Source of the DNA: Dictyostelium discoideum
Lineage: Eukaryota
NCBI GenBank assembly: GCA_000004695.1
Contig: CM000154.2
Coordinates: 736,001 to 800,000, forward strand
DNA: 64,000 bases
Direction: 5' to 3'
The stretch's first letter is position 1. Every line of letters begins with the position of its first letter. The notes under the pieces were generated by a model. It was given only the letters and a program-made list of their open reading frames with translations, ran no database searches and had not been told where the DNA came from. The position numbers and the translations under genes are program-made. Shown in pieces: positions 1 through 10,960 of this stretch.

Positions 1-3000
1 ACTCATTAACAGGAGTAGGTTCAATTGGTAATATCGCCAATGCAATTTCAACTGGTCTTGTCGGTCAAATCACAACATCAAAACCAACAGTTTCATCAAC
101 AACAACAACATCAAGTCAAGGTACAAGTGGCTTTATTTCTGGAGCAGGTAGTATCGCTGGTGGATTATCAATTGGTAATAGTGGATCAGTAGCTGGAATA
201 ACAACTCAATCAGGAAGCTTAACTGGTGCAAATACAGTAGCAGCAGTAACAACAGCCAACTCAATTGGATCCAAAACATCAATAACTGGTGTTTCATCAA
301 TTGGAGCAATTTCAGGTTCAATTGATGGATTAACAACTGCAAACTCATTAACTGGTATATCATCAATCGCTGGTATAACTAATCAAGCATCATCAATCGC
401 CAATGCAATTTCAGGTGGTAATATTGCAGGTGTAACTACATCTCAAAGTTCTACTGGTATTATTTCAGGAGTAATCGCAGGAGGATCTGGATCAATTACA
501 TCTCCACAATCTATAACTGGCCAAAGTTCAACCAGTATTATTTCAGGAGTAATTTCAGGAGTTATCTCTGGAGGTAATAGTGTCGCAGGAGGATCAGGAT
601 CAGTCGGAAATAGTGGTTCAATTACTGGTTTAACAACAAATGGTGGAATAAGCGGAGGTAATGCTATTGCAGGTGTAACAACTTCAAATTCAATCGCTCA
701 AACTGGATCAATTACAGGCTTAATTGCCAATGGTATTGCAGGATCAGTCGGAGGTTTAACAACAGCAAACTCATTAACAGGAGTTGGTTCAATTGGTAAT
801 ATCGCCAATGCAATTTCAACTGGTCTTGTCGGTCAAATCACAACATCAAAACCAACAATCTCATCAACAACAACAACATCCAGTCAAGCTACAAGTGGCT
901 TTATTTCTGGAGCAGGTAGTATCGCTGGTGGATTATCAATTGGTAATAGTGGATCAGTAGCTGGAATAACAACTCAATCAGGAAGTTTAACTGGTGCAAA
1001 TACAGTAGCAGCAGTAACAACAGCCAACTCAATTGGATCCAAAACATCAATAACTGGTGTTTCATCAATTGGAGCAATTTCAGGTTCAATTGATGGATTA
1101 ACAACTGCAAACTCATTATCTGGTATATCATCAATCGCTGGTATAACTAATCAAGCATCATCGATCGCTAATGCAATTTCAGGTGGTAATATTGCAGGTG
1201 TAACTACATCTCAAAGTTCTACTGGTATTATTTCAGGAGTAATCGCAGGAGGATCTGGATCAATTACATCTCCGCAATCCATCACTGGTCAAAGTTCAAC
1301 CGGTATTATTTCAGGAGTTATCTCTGGAGGTAATAGTGTCGCAGGAGGATCAGGATCAGTCGGAAATAGTGGTTCAATTACTGGTTTAACAACAAATGGT
1401 GGAATAAGTGGAGGTAATGCTATCGCAGGCGTAACAACTTCAAATTCAATCGCTCAAACTGGATCAGTTACAGGATTAACTGCAAATGGTATTGCAGGAT
1501 CAGTCGGAGGTTTAACAACAGCAAACTCATTAACAGGAGTAGGTTCAATTGGTAATATCGCCAATGCAATTTCAACTGGTCTTGTCGGTCAAATCACAAC
1601 ATCAAAACCAACAGTTTCATCAACAACAACAACATCAAGTCAAGGTACAAGTGGTTTTATCTCTGGAGCAGGTAGTATCGCTGGTGGATTATCAATTGGT
1701 AATAGTGGATCAGTAGCCGGAATAACAACTCAATCAGGAAGTTTAACTGGTGCAAATACAGTAGCAGCAGTAACAACAGCCAACTCAATTGGATCCAAAA
1801 CATCAATAACTGGTGTTTCATCAATTGGAGCAATTTCAGGTTCAATTGATGGATTAACAACTGCAAACTCATTAACTGGTATATCATCAATCGCTGGTAT
1901 AACTAATCAAGCATCATCAATCGCCAATGCAATTTCAGGTGGTAATATTGCAGGTGTAACTACATCTCAAATTTCAACCGGTATTATTTCAGGAGTAATT
2001 GCAGGAGGATCTGGATCAATCACATCTCCACAATCTATAACTGGTCAAAGTTCAACCAGTATTATTTCAGGAGTAATTTCAGGAGTTATATCAGGAGGTA
2101 ATAGTGTCGCAGGAGGATCAGGATCAGTCGGAAATAGTGGTTCAATTACTGGTTTAACAACAAATGGTGGAATAAGCGGAGGTAATGCTATTGCAGGTGT
2201 AACAACTTCAAATTCAATCGCTCAAACTGGATCAGTTACAGGTTTAATTGCCAATGGTATCGCAGGATCAGTCGGAGGATTAACAACTGCAAACTCATTA
2301 ACAGGAGTAGGTTCAATTGGTAATATCGCCAATGCAATTTCAACTGGTCTTGTCGGTCAAATCACAACATCAAAACCAACAGTTTCATCAACTACAACAA
2401 CAACATCAAGTCAAGGTACAAGTGGTTTTATTTCTGGAGCAGGTAGTATCGCTGGTGGATTATCAATTGGTAATAGTGGATCAGTAGCTGGAATAACAAC
2501 TCAATCAGGAAGCTTAACTGGTGCTAATACAGTAGCAGCAGTAACAACAGCCAACTCAATTGGATCCAAAACATCAATAACTGGTGTTTCATCAATTGGA
2601 GCAATTTCAGGTTCAATTGATGGATTAACAACTGCAAACTCATTAACTGGTGTGTCATCAATCGCTGGTATAACTAATCAAGCATCATCAATCGCCAATG
2701 CAATTTCAGGTGGTAATATTGCAGGCATAACTACATCTCAAAGTTCAACTGGTTTGACATCATCAGTATCAATTGCATCCTCTGGCCAAAGTTCAATTGG
2801 TATTACTTCTGGAGTTATCTCAGGAGGCAACAGTGTTACAGGAGGATCAGGATCAGTCGGAAATAGTGGTTCAATTACTGGTTTAACAACAACAACTGGT
2901 GGAATAAGCGGAGGTAATGCTATCGCAGGTGTAACAACTTCAAATTCAATCGTTCAAACTGGATCAGTTACAGGCTTAACTGCCAATGGTATTGCAGGAT

Positions 3001-3332
3001 CAGTCGGAGGATTTACAACAGCAAACTCATTAACAGGAGCAGGTTCAATTAGTAATATTGCCAATGCAATTTCAACTGGTCTTGTCGGTCAAATCACAAC
3101 ATCGAAATCAACAACATCAGCTCAAGGTACAGGTGGACTCACTACTGGCAGTGGTTTGATAGGTTCTACAAATCCAACCAAAAAACCATCTTTTAGCTCC
3201 ATTGGCTTCATTTCTGGTAGTTTTAAAATGAATGATGATAAACCATTCATTTTTGAAAATGATAAAGTTGATAAAAAAGATATTGTTAAAGAAGTACCTC
3301 GAAATCAAAGCCCAGCTTTTAGTGAAAATTAA
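1..3332 (+). CDS. 3' part of a gene for a Gly/Ser/Thr/Ile-rich low-complexity repeat protein. 5' end lies outside the window. Built from about four tandem ~255-aa repeat units. Stop TAA at 3330-3332.
   Basis: One open frame (codon positions 3,6,...) runs 3..3332 with no stop. The repeat 'caaggtacaagtgg' recurs at 117, 885, 1641 and 2412, periods 768/756/771, all multiples of 3. No Cys, no hydrophobic segments. Likely secreted or extracellular matrix-like. The minus-strand ORFs at 133-366, 901-1134 and 1657-1890 are antisense artefacts of this repeat. Confidence 0.6.
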   Translation, partial: SLTGVGSIGNIANAISTGLVGQITTSKPTVSSTTTTSSQGTSGFISGAGSIAGGLSIGNSGSVAGITTQSGSLTGANTVAAVTTANSIGSKTSITGVSSIGAISGSIDGLTTANSLTGISSIAGITNQASSIANAISGGNIAGVTTSQSSTGIISGVIAGGSGSITSPQSITGQSSTSIISGVISGVISGGNSVAGGSGSVGNSGSITGLTTNGGISGGNAIAGVTTSNSIAQTGSITGLIANGIAGSVGGLTTANSLTGVGSIGNIANAISTGLVGQITTSKPTISSTTTTSSQATSGFISGAGSIAGGLSIGNSGSVAGITTQSGSLTGANTVAAVTTANSIGSKTSITGVSSIGAISGSIDGLTTANSLSGISSIAGITNQASSIANAISGGNIAGVTTSQSSTGIISGVIAGGSGSITSPQSITGQSSTGIISGVISGGNSVAGGSGSVGNSGSITGLTTNGGISGGNAIAGVTTSNSIAQTGSVTGLTANGIAGSVGGLTTANSLTGVGSIGNIANAISTGLVGQITTSKPTVSSTTTTSSQGTSGFISGAGSIAGGLSIGNSGSVAGITTQSGSLTGANTVAAVTTANSIGSKTSITGVSSIGAISGSIDGLTTANSLTGISSIAGITNQASSIANAISGGNIAGVTTSQISTGIISGVIAGGSGSITSPQSITGQSSTSIISGVISGVISGGNSVAGGSGSVGNSGSITGLTTNGGISGGNAIAGVTTSNSIAQTGSVTGLIANGIAGSVGGLTTANSLTGVGSIGNIANAISTGLVGQITTSKPTVSSTTTTTSSQGTSGFISGAGSIAGGLSIGNSGSVAGITTQSGSLTGANTVAAVTTANSIGSKTSITGVSSIGAISGSIDGLTTANSLTGVSSIAGITNQASSIANAISGGNIAGITTSQSSTGLTSSVSIASSGQSSIGITSGVISGGNSVTGGSGSVGNSGSITGLTTTTGGISGGNAIAGVTTSNSIVQTGSVTGLTANGIAGSVGGFTTANSLTGAGSISNIANAISTGLVGQITTSKSTTSAQGTGGLTTGSGLIGSTNPTKKPSFSSIGFISGSFKMNDDKPFIFENDKVDKKDIVKEVPRNQSPAFSEN
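117..3110 (+). repeat. Coding tandem repeat of about four near-identical units, each 756-771 bp.
   Basis: Direct self-alignment by eye. The track's identical minus ORFs (77 aa, 1-2 substitutions) repeat every 768/756 bp. Confidence 0.85.
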
Positions 3333-3514
3333 TATCTGTGACTTTATGTCCAAATTATGTCTAAACAAGAAAATAATGTTAATTTTATTTTTTATTAATG
3401 AAAATTAAAAAATAAAAAAAAAGATAAATAAAAATTAAAATACGAAATTAAACAAATAAATTTTTAATATAAATAAAAAAAGAAAGGTTTATTGAAATAA
3501 TTTTAAGAAAATGG

Positions 3515-6500
3515 TTAATTATTCATAGTTTTCATTGAAATATTATTATTTTTTTTAAATTTAGATTTAAAAGATAACATTTTAGTTCTAACACTTATGT
3601 TTTTTGTGTAAAGTACAGACATTAATACAGTTACAACGATAGCAGCACCAACAACTGAAACAACTACGGCAACTGGTAAAATCCATTTTCTTTTATCATT
3701 GAAGTTGTTGGAAGAGTTTTCAATTTTAATACCACATTCATCATATTCATCTTCATTGAAATTTGGATCTACCAAAACTGAGAAATCTGGATCTAATTCT
3801 ATATATTCTTTAAAAAAAGGTATATTAACTTTAACTTGAATTGTTGTACCAAACTCTAAACCTTCATTTGAAGTTGAAACAACTCTACCATCAGCGATTA
3901 GATAATTTGAGAATTTACCATACAATGATACTTGATTATTTGGTAATGTTACCCAATGCATATCTGTTGATTTCTTTGCGCCCCATGCAATTGATTGTTT
4001 AATTTCACATTCTGTTGATAATTTCGAATTTGGTGATGCTTGATAAATCAATTGTAAATTATTTAAATTTGAAACAAATGTATAATTTTCAATTCTTACT
4101 GAATATTTAATTGAGTGATCAGGTAAATTTAATAATTGACCTGCCCACTCTCTTGTTGTTGCAACGGTAATAGTTTCTAGTTCTACCAAAACCTTTGAGT
4201 ATTCAGTTAATGTAGTGTTATAGATAAGAATATTATTTTCATCGGAAAGTAAAGACCATGAATCTGTTGTAAATGTATAATTTTTAACCAATTTACCATT
4301 GAAATCGATTTCTTGAATGTATGGTATTAGAATTGAATAACCAGATGATTTGGTATAGTCATTTAAAGTTGAACTACTATTTGTTGAGAAGGAACCCAAG
4401 TCAATGGATGGCTGGTTTTTACTTGTATTCATTGTCATTGATAAACCAAGATCGGGTGAATATTGATTACAAGATACACCAGTGTAATCCTTATTACAAT
4501 TACAAGTCATATCATTAGAACAAACTCCTTTTCCACTACAATTATTAATACATTTAAATGTCATATCGATTGAACAATCCGAACCTCCCCATCCATTTTC
4601 GCAGGTACAGGTTGATAAAGCTACATTACAAACACCATTACCACTACAATCTGATTTCATACAAGTTTGAATGAAAACACTAATATTTTTAATTCCATTA
4701 AAACCATAATCAACAGAGATGCTAAATGGATTGGTTGCAGGTGCCTTTAATGTATAGAAACCCAATGTACCATTAATCATTGTTAAATTTGAAGTTGAAA
4801 CCAATAATGATTGATAATCTAAAATTTTTGAAGGTAATAAATCGAGGTTTGTACCAGTAACATACAAAACTGTATCATTCATCATCACTGAAATTTGCCA
4901 AATATTTGGATTATAAAAATCTTGATAAAAGAAAAAGATTGGACAATTTTGAATGACCCCACCATTTATAACTCCATTTGAATCTACCATATTCCAAACA
5001 GAACATTGACCAACCATTCTTAAACCCCAATATAATGGAATTTCCATATCACATGTATATAATGATGATAGATTTGAAATTTGTTTTAGTGAACACTGAA
5101 TTTTCTCGTTGGTTTGTTTTTCTGAAATATAGAAAATTGGATCTTGACCATAGGATGGTGTAAAAATTTCATTGTTTGAATATTTCAAATCAATTGATAT
5201 TTTTAATTTACGATTTGAGCTACTAACATCAATAAAATTTCTAGAAAATGTTGGTGTACCAATTAAAACTGGTTTAACAATTGGTGGTGGTATAATATTG
5301 ATATATTGTTGACTAGTTTGGAATGCTGTTGGACTTAATTCATAACAATTATCGAAAATATCACAAAATGATTCTATAAATGCATTTGGATTCAAATAAT
5401 TATATTTTGCATTTAAAGTTAACAATGTACCACTTAAATTAAAATAAGAAGTTGGATCATCTTTTAAATATACCAATGATTGAGTATAACTATTGAAAGT
5501 ATCTTTAATTGTTAAAGTTAAATTCTTAATATCGGGGAATTGAGAAGATTTAATATTGAATTTTGTTGGTTGACTATTATCAAAATCGCCCAATCTCAAA
5601 AATCTTAAAATTAACTCCGGTCCTTGATAATCTTTATTTCTAATTATAAATTGTGAGTCAACGACTGTTGTGGTTGTTTGAAACTTTTGGGTTAATTTAT
5701 TAATAAATTCTAATTCTTTAGTTGAAAGTGTAAAAGTTGATGTTGGATTTGATTTCTTTGAAACATTAATTGAAATAAATTTCTTTTTACTTAAAGTTGT
5801 TGAATCGATTGAAAAATTAAAATTTCCTTTAAATAATGCTGAATTTGTTTCAGGTAGATAGGTCATTGTTAATGGTATACTATTTTCAATTGGTCCTTTA
5901 TTTTCATAATCACCAAATATTTGAACCACAACATTATAATCTTGATCAAAAACATTTCCAAATAATGATGAGAATGTAACGTTTGTTGCTGAATTAAAAG
6001 TTACAAAGTTTGTAAATAAATGAGCAGTTGGAATACTTGTAGTACCAGTACATTGATCAATATTTTCAAAAAATAATTGACGTAGCTCGGTTGCAGAGAA
6101 ATCATTTTCAAATAATCTATTACCTTTAATATCTGAACAATCAATAACTGGTGAAACAATTGAACAAAAGTAACGATTAAATTTTAATTTAATGGAAAAT
6201 TCTAATGATTGTGAGATATAGGTATGATTAATTGATTTCAAATGAATTGAACTTGGTGATAATGTAAATGAATTTGTTGCAAAACTAAATTTACAAGTTG
6301 ATTGACCAACTCCAACTGTATCCCAAATTGAAATTAAAAATTCATCTTCTTGATTCGATTCTAATGCCCAATTAAATTTAACAGTTAAACTTGGATTTAT
6401 TAAATCTTTTTTTATAAATGGATTGCCCGTCAATGTAATGGATGGATTTGTTGTTGGACCAACTAAACTATAGATCATTGATGGTGTATCACTCGCGATT

Positions 6501-8239
6501 GGTATATATGGAGTCCATTGAAGATTATTACCAGAACCTATGAAACCATGTGGGAATGATGATGAAATATTTAAAAATTCTCTTGAGTTTGGTGATGGTT
6601 TTGAATTTGTTGTTAATTTTCCAACTGGTGTTAATGAAATGGTGACTTCTGAAATTTCATAAAAAGTTTGAGTCATTGAAAAACTACCTTTAACAAATGT
6701 AAAGTATTCATTACCTTTTCCAATTTCAATAGAATTTTTTACTGTTGATATTAAATCTGATTGTGGTGAAATGATATCAATTGTAACTGAACTATTTGAA
6801 TATAATAAAACTCTACCAACACTTTCATAATTACCGAAAATAGCAAAGGCAACTGTTGAACTTGTTATTAAATAATCTGGAAGTGATATAATTTTACAAT
6901 AATAATTTTTACTAAAAAGTTCTCTATCACTAAGGAAAATAACATCATTTAATTTATAATCAATACTATTTAAAATTTGAGTGGTATCAGTGAAATTTAA
7001 TTCAACTAAAATTTGGATTTGTTTATTTTCATATCTATATTTACCACCAAAATATTGTGGAATCTTATAGAATTGATTTGATAATAATGTGACTTTCTTT
7101 GTAAAAGTTGGTATTAATGGAGGAGGTTGAGTATAATGTAACTCTGTACTCCATTGCGATCCTATTGGCTTTGGAATATCTATTCTAATCTTTGTATCTG
7201 AAGGTGATAATGTTAATCTAGCAATAGATGTCCAATAATTTGAAGAGTTTGATTTAATTGATATTGGAACAATATTCCATCCATCAAGTTGCATTGATTC
7301 AATCTTTTCATTTGAAACAAATATACCATAACAAAATGACCAACCATTAACTAAAACAAGTTGAGAGCTAATTGATTTTGGTAAATGATTACTTGTAAAA
7401 GTTGTACTAACTTGTCTTTGTTGACCTGTCATTTCATCTATAATGATTTCAGTGGTTTCAGTCAATTGTGAATCATTAAATTTATTATAATAATAATAAT
7501 AATCCAATCCATTTAAACTTTTAATAAATTGTAAATTACTAAATGTTGAATCTGTACTACTGCTACCATCATTATAAATATCTTTAGAATAAAACATTCC
7601 ATATGAACCTGATTCAGCATTATTAACGGTAACAATTGATAAATGTTTATTATAATCCAAACCAAATCCTAAAATATTATTATTTGTTGCATTGGTTAAA
7701 ATAATTGAATTTTCTTTGATTACATTATATGATGGTGCATTGAATGAAAATGGTACTGTTTTAAATTCTGCAATGACTTGATTTCCTCTTTGTGGATCTA
7801 TATACTCTAAATGTAAATAATAATAATCATAAAATGATTTAGTAGTTTCATCCATAAATGATGATAAACTATATGGCATTATAAATGTGTAATTTGCAAT
7901 TTGTTTAGCTTTTAACCATGTTCTTTTATTTCTTGGTTGACTATCTATTGATAATTTTTGTTGTTGTTGTTGAAATTCATTAAAATCTACCAAAGTTGCA
8001 TCAGTTGTGGATGGTCCAATTGTTGGGACATCTTCATCTAAAATTAAATTATAAGTACCATTTGTTATTATTTGATCTAAACTATTATAAATAACTGCAT
8101 AACCACTTAAAATTGTTGGTGAATCAAAAATTGAACTTAATTTAAAATATAAACTTTGGTTGTCTGATCCTGGATAAAATGGTGTGATTGCAAATGGATA
8201 AATGATATTTGGCGTAGTTATAACAGATTCCACTATCAT
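3515..8239 (-). CDS. Large (1574 aa) type-I membrane protein. Two tandem EGF-like modules (CSGNGVC...CTCENGWGGSDC / CINNCSGKGVC...CNCNKDYTGVSC). One C-terminal TM helix (ILPVAVVVSVVGAAIVVTVLMSVLY) and a short basic tail.
   Basis: Continuous ORF from the track. Cys spacing typical of EGF/laminin-EGF. The C-terminal ~330 aa are almost identical to the downstream paralogue at 8839-10432. No N-terminal signal peptide is visible, so a 5' exon may be missing. Confidence 0.65.
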   Translation of the reverse strand: MIVESVITTPNIIYPFAITPFYPGSDNQSLYFKLSSIFDSPTILSGYAVIYNSLDQIITNGTYNLILDEDVPTIGPSTTDATLVDFNEFQQQQQKLSIDSQPRNKRTWLKAKQIANYTFIMPYSLSSFMDETTKSFYDYYYLHLEYIDPQRGNQVIAEFKTVPFSFNAPSYNVIKENSIILTNATNNNILGFGLDYNKHLSIVTVNNAESGSYGMFYSKDIYNDGSSSTDSTFSNLQFIKSLNGLDYYYYYNKFNDSQLTETTEIIIDEMTGQQRQVSTTFTSNHLPKSISSQLVLVNGWSFCYGIFVSNEKIESMQLDGWNIVPISIKSNSSNYWTSIARLTLSPSDTKIRIDIPKPIGSQWSTELHYTQPPPLIPTFTKKVTLLSNQFYKIPQYFGGKYRYENKQIQILVELNFTDTTQILNSIDYKLNDVIFLSDRELFSKNYYCKIISLPDYLITSSTVAFAIFGNYESVGRVLLYSNSSVTIDIISPQSDLISTVKNSIEIGKGNEYFTFVKGSFSMTQTFYEISEVTISLTPVGKLTTNSKPSPNSREFLNISSSFPHGFIGSGNNLQWTPYIPIASDTPSMIYSLVGPTTNPSITLTGNPFIKKDLINPSLTVKFNWALESNQEDEFLISIWDTVGVGQSTCKFSFATNSFTLSPSSIHLKSINHTYISQSLEFSIKLKFNRYFCSIVSPVIDCSDIKGNRLFENDFSATELRQLFFENIDQCTGTTSIPTAHLFTNFVTFNSATNVTFSSLFGNVFDQDYNVVVQIFGDYENKGPIENSIPLTMTYLPETNSALFKGNFNFSIDSTTLSKKKFISINVSKKSNPTSTFTLSTKELEFINKLTQKFQTTTTVVDSQFIIRNKDYQGPELILRFLRLGDFDNSQPTKFNIKSSQFPDIKNLTLTIKDTFNSYTQSLVYLKDDPTSYFNLSGTLLTLNAKYNYLNPNAFIESFCDIFDNCYELSPTAFQTSQQYINIIPPPIVKPVLIGTPTFSRNFIDVSSSNRKLKISIDLKYSNNEIFTPSYGQDPIFYISEKQTNEKIQCSLKQISNLSSLYTCDMEIPLYWGLRMVGQCSVWNMVDSNGVINGGVIQNCPIFFFYQDFYNPNIWQISVMMNDTVLYVTGTNLDLLPSKILDYQSLLVSTSNLTMINGTLGFYTLKAPATNPFSISVDYGFNGIKNISVFIQTCMKSDCSGNGVCNVALSTCTCENGWGGSDCSIDMTFKCINNCSGKGVCSNDMTCNCNKDYTGVSCNQYSPDLGLSMTMNTSKNQPSIDLGSFSTNSSSTLNDYTKSSGYSILIPYIQEIDFNGKLVKNYTFTTDSWSLLSDENNILIYNTTLTEYSKVLVELETITVATTREWAGQLLNLPDHSIKYSVRIENYTFVSNLNNLQLIYQASPNSKLSTECEIKQSIAWGAKKSTDMHWVTLPNNQVSLYGKFSNYLIADGRVVSTSNEGLEFGTTIQVKVNIPFFKEYIELDPDFSVLVDPNFNEDEYDECGIKIENSSNNFNDKRKWILPVAVVVSVVGAAIVVTVLMSVLYTKNISVRTKMLSFKSKFKKNNNISMKTMNN

Positions 8240-8321
8240 TTTTTTTTTTTTTTTTTTAAAAAAAATATTAATTTTATGTATAAGTTTTTATTATTATTTA
8301 TTTTTTTTTTTTTTTTTTAAT

Positions 8322-8355
<34 letters not shown>

Positions 8356-8838
8356 GAAAACCTACAATTTAACTGACTATATATTTGATTAATAAATAAA
8401 AAAAATAAAAAAAATAAAATATTAAAATATTTCATTCCTTTATTTATTTAATATTATTTTTTATTAAAAAAAAAAAAAAAAAAAAAATTAAAGTTATTAT
8501 AAATACTATTAGCAAATCAAAAATATCAAAAAAAAAAAAAAAAAAGAAAAAAAAAAAGTTATCAATTTTTTTTTTTTTTTTTGACCAACACAAAAACTTT
8601 GAATTTTTTGATTTAAATTATTATCATTTATTTCTCATTAATTTTGTTATACCGAAATTAATTTGAATTTTTTTAAAAATAAAAATAAAGATATTTTTTT
8701 TTTTAAAAAATCAACTAAAAAAAAAAAATTTAATACCCTCACATTTTTGAAACAGTTATTTCGAAGTTTAAAACTAATTATTTTTATTTTATTTTTATTT
8801 TTATTTTTATTTTTATTTTTATTTTTTAAAAAAATTAT

Positions 8839-10280
8839 TTACATTTTTATACTATTATTTTTATTATTTCTTTTTAATTTATATTTAAAAGATAAGATTT
8901 TAGTTCTAACATTTGTATTTTTAGTATAAAATAAAGACATTAATAATGCGACAATGATAGCAGCACCAACAACTGAAACAACTACAGCAACTGGTATAAC
9001 CCATTTTCTATTATCATTATTTTTTTTAATTAAAATACCACATTCATCATATTGTTCATTATTCATATTTCCAGAATTTACCAAAACTGAAAAATCTGGA
9101 TCTAATTCTATATATTCTTTAAAAAAAGGTATATTAACTTTAACTTGAATTGTTGTACCAAATTCTAAACCTTCATTTGAAGTTGAAACAATTCTACCAT
9201 CAGCGATTAGATAATTTGAGAATTTACCATACAATGATACTTGATTATTTGGTAATGTTACCCAATGCATATCTGTTGATTTCTTTGCGCCCCATGCAAT
9301 TGATTGTTTAATTTCACATTCTGTTGATAATTTCGAATTTGGCGATGCTTGATAAATCAATTGTAAATTATTTAAATTTGAAACAAATGTATAATTTTCA
9401 ATTCTTACTGAATATTTAATTGAGTGATCAGGAAGTGTCATTAATTGACCTGCCCACTCTCTTGTTGTTGAGATTTTTATCAACTCAATTGATACAGTTA
9501 CATTTGAACCTGCTGATAATTGAGTTTGATAAATTGTAATACTGCCACCAGTTGTTGAATTTTTAGTACTTTCAACTAATTGCCAATCATTTGAATTGGA
9601 GAATGTATAATTTTTAACTAATTCACCATTGAAATCGATTTCTTGAATGTATGGTATTAGAATTGAATATTCCGATGACTTTGTATAATCGTTTAATTCC
9701 AATGAAGTGTTTTTTGAATTTGTTGAGAATGAACCCATTGTAATTGAAGGTTGAGTTAAACTTTTATTCATTGTCATTGATAACCCGATATCTGGTGAAT
9801 ATTGATTACAAGATACACCAGTGTAATCTTTATTACAATTACAAGTCATATCAATTGAACAAACTCCATTACCACTACAATTATTAACACATTGATATGT
9901 TAAATCTATTGAACAGTCTGAACCACCCCAACCTTGTTCACATTTACATTCAATTGTTTCAGGTAAACAAATTCCATTACCACTACAATTTGGTTTCATA
10001 CATGTTAAAATGAAAACATTTATAGTCTGATTAAAATATCCAACCAATTCAATGGAAAATGGTTGAGTAACATTGGATTTTAATAAAAAATATCCAAAAG
10101 TATTAATATCAGTATTATTTAAATCAACATATCCATCATTTGTATTAACTAATAATTCATTGGTAGTATCACTAAATTTAGTTAAATTTAAATTATAACC
10201 TTTTAAATATAATTTATTATCATTCATTTTAACTGATGCTTCATTAACATTTGGGATTCTAACTTTTTTTGTTGTAAAAA

Positions 10281-10312
<32 letters not shown>

Positions 10313-10432
10313 TTTTAATATTAAAGACAACAAAAAAACTATAATTATTAATTATTGACTTATTTATTTACCTGATCCATTTGTTAAGAAAAACAAAGAA
10401 AATAAAAATAAAAAAATAAAATACCTCTTCAT
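8839..10432 (-). CDS. Short paralogue of the upstream EGF-like type-I membrane protein (signal peptide, 2 EGF-like modules, TM, basic tail). Two exons: 10432..10371 and 10258..8839.
   Basis: Exon 1 encodes MKRYFIFLFLFSLFFLTKWI plus 2 nt, then a GTAAAT donor. The acceptor ...aaaaagttag|A restores the frame into the track ORF (…IPNVNEASVKMNDNK…). Exon lengths 62+1420=1482, divisible by 3. Confidence 0.65.
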
Positions 10433-10434
10433 TT

Positions 10435-10473
<39 letters not shown>

Positions 10474-10805
10474 GAATATGGGAAAATATTGAATGTGTAA
10501 AAAAAAAAGAGTTTAGAGAAAAGAAAAAAAAATTTTTTGTATTGCCATCCGATTAGAAAAAAAAAAAAAAATAAAAATTAAAATTTACACCAACGTTAAA
10601 ATCCTAAAAATATCTTTTTTTTTTTATTAATTTTATTTATTTTTTTTATTTTTTTATTTTTTAAAAATTCGCGTGCTTAAAAAAAAAAAAAAAAAAAAAA
10701 AAACCATCACTTCCAAATTTATTAATATTAACCCAAAATCAGTGTCGTAATTATATTTATTTTATTTTTAATTTTATTTTTTTATTATAATAAAATTAAA
10801 AGCAC

Positions 10806-10861
<56 letters not shown>

Positions 10862-10960
10862 AATATTTTTTCCTAAATTAATGATATGCTACAATTTTCT
10901 ATTTATTTGAATTTATTTATTATAATTTACAGAATTAATGGAGAATTATGGGTTAAATAA

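Noticed and set aside
133-1890. Three near-identical 77-aa minus-strand ORFs (133-366, 901-1134, 1657-1890).
   Set aside because: They are the antisense reading of the plus-strand tandem repeat. They are Leu/Gln-rich with no independent signal and simply repeat with the array period.
8350-8445. Possible upstream signal-peptide exon for the long EGF-like gene (minus-strand ATG reading MKYFNILFFLFFLFINQIYSQLNCRFSKKK…).
   Set aside because: It runs straight into poly(A)-encoded Lys with no canonical GT donor (only AGGTTTTCC). It cannot be told apart from AT-rich noise, so it is flagged only as something to test by 5'-RACE.
8663-8929. 88-aa plus ORF (FLFLFLFL…).
   Set aside because: It is a translation of a (TTTTTA)n simple repeat in the intergenic spacer between the EGF-like paralogues.
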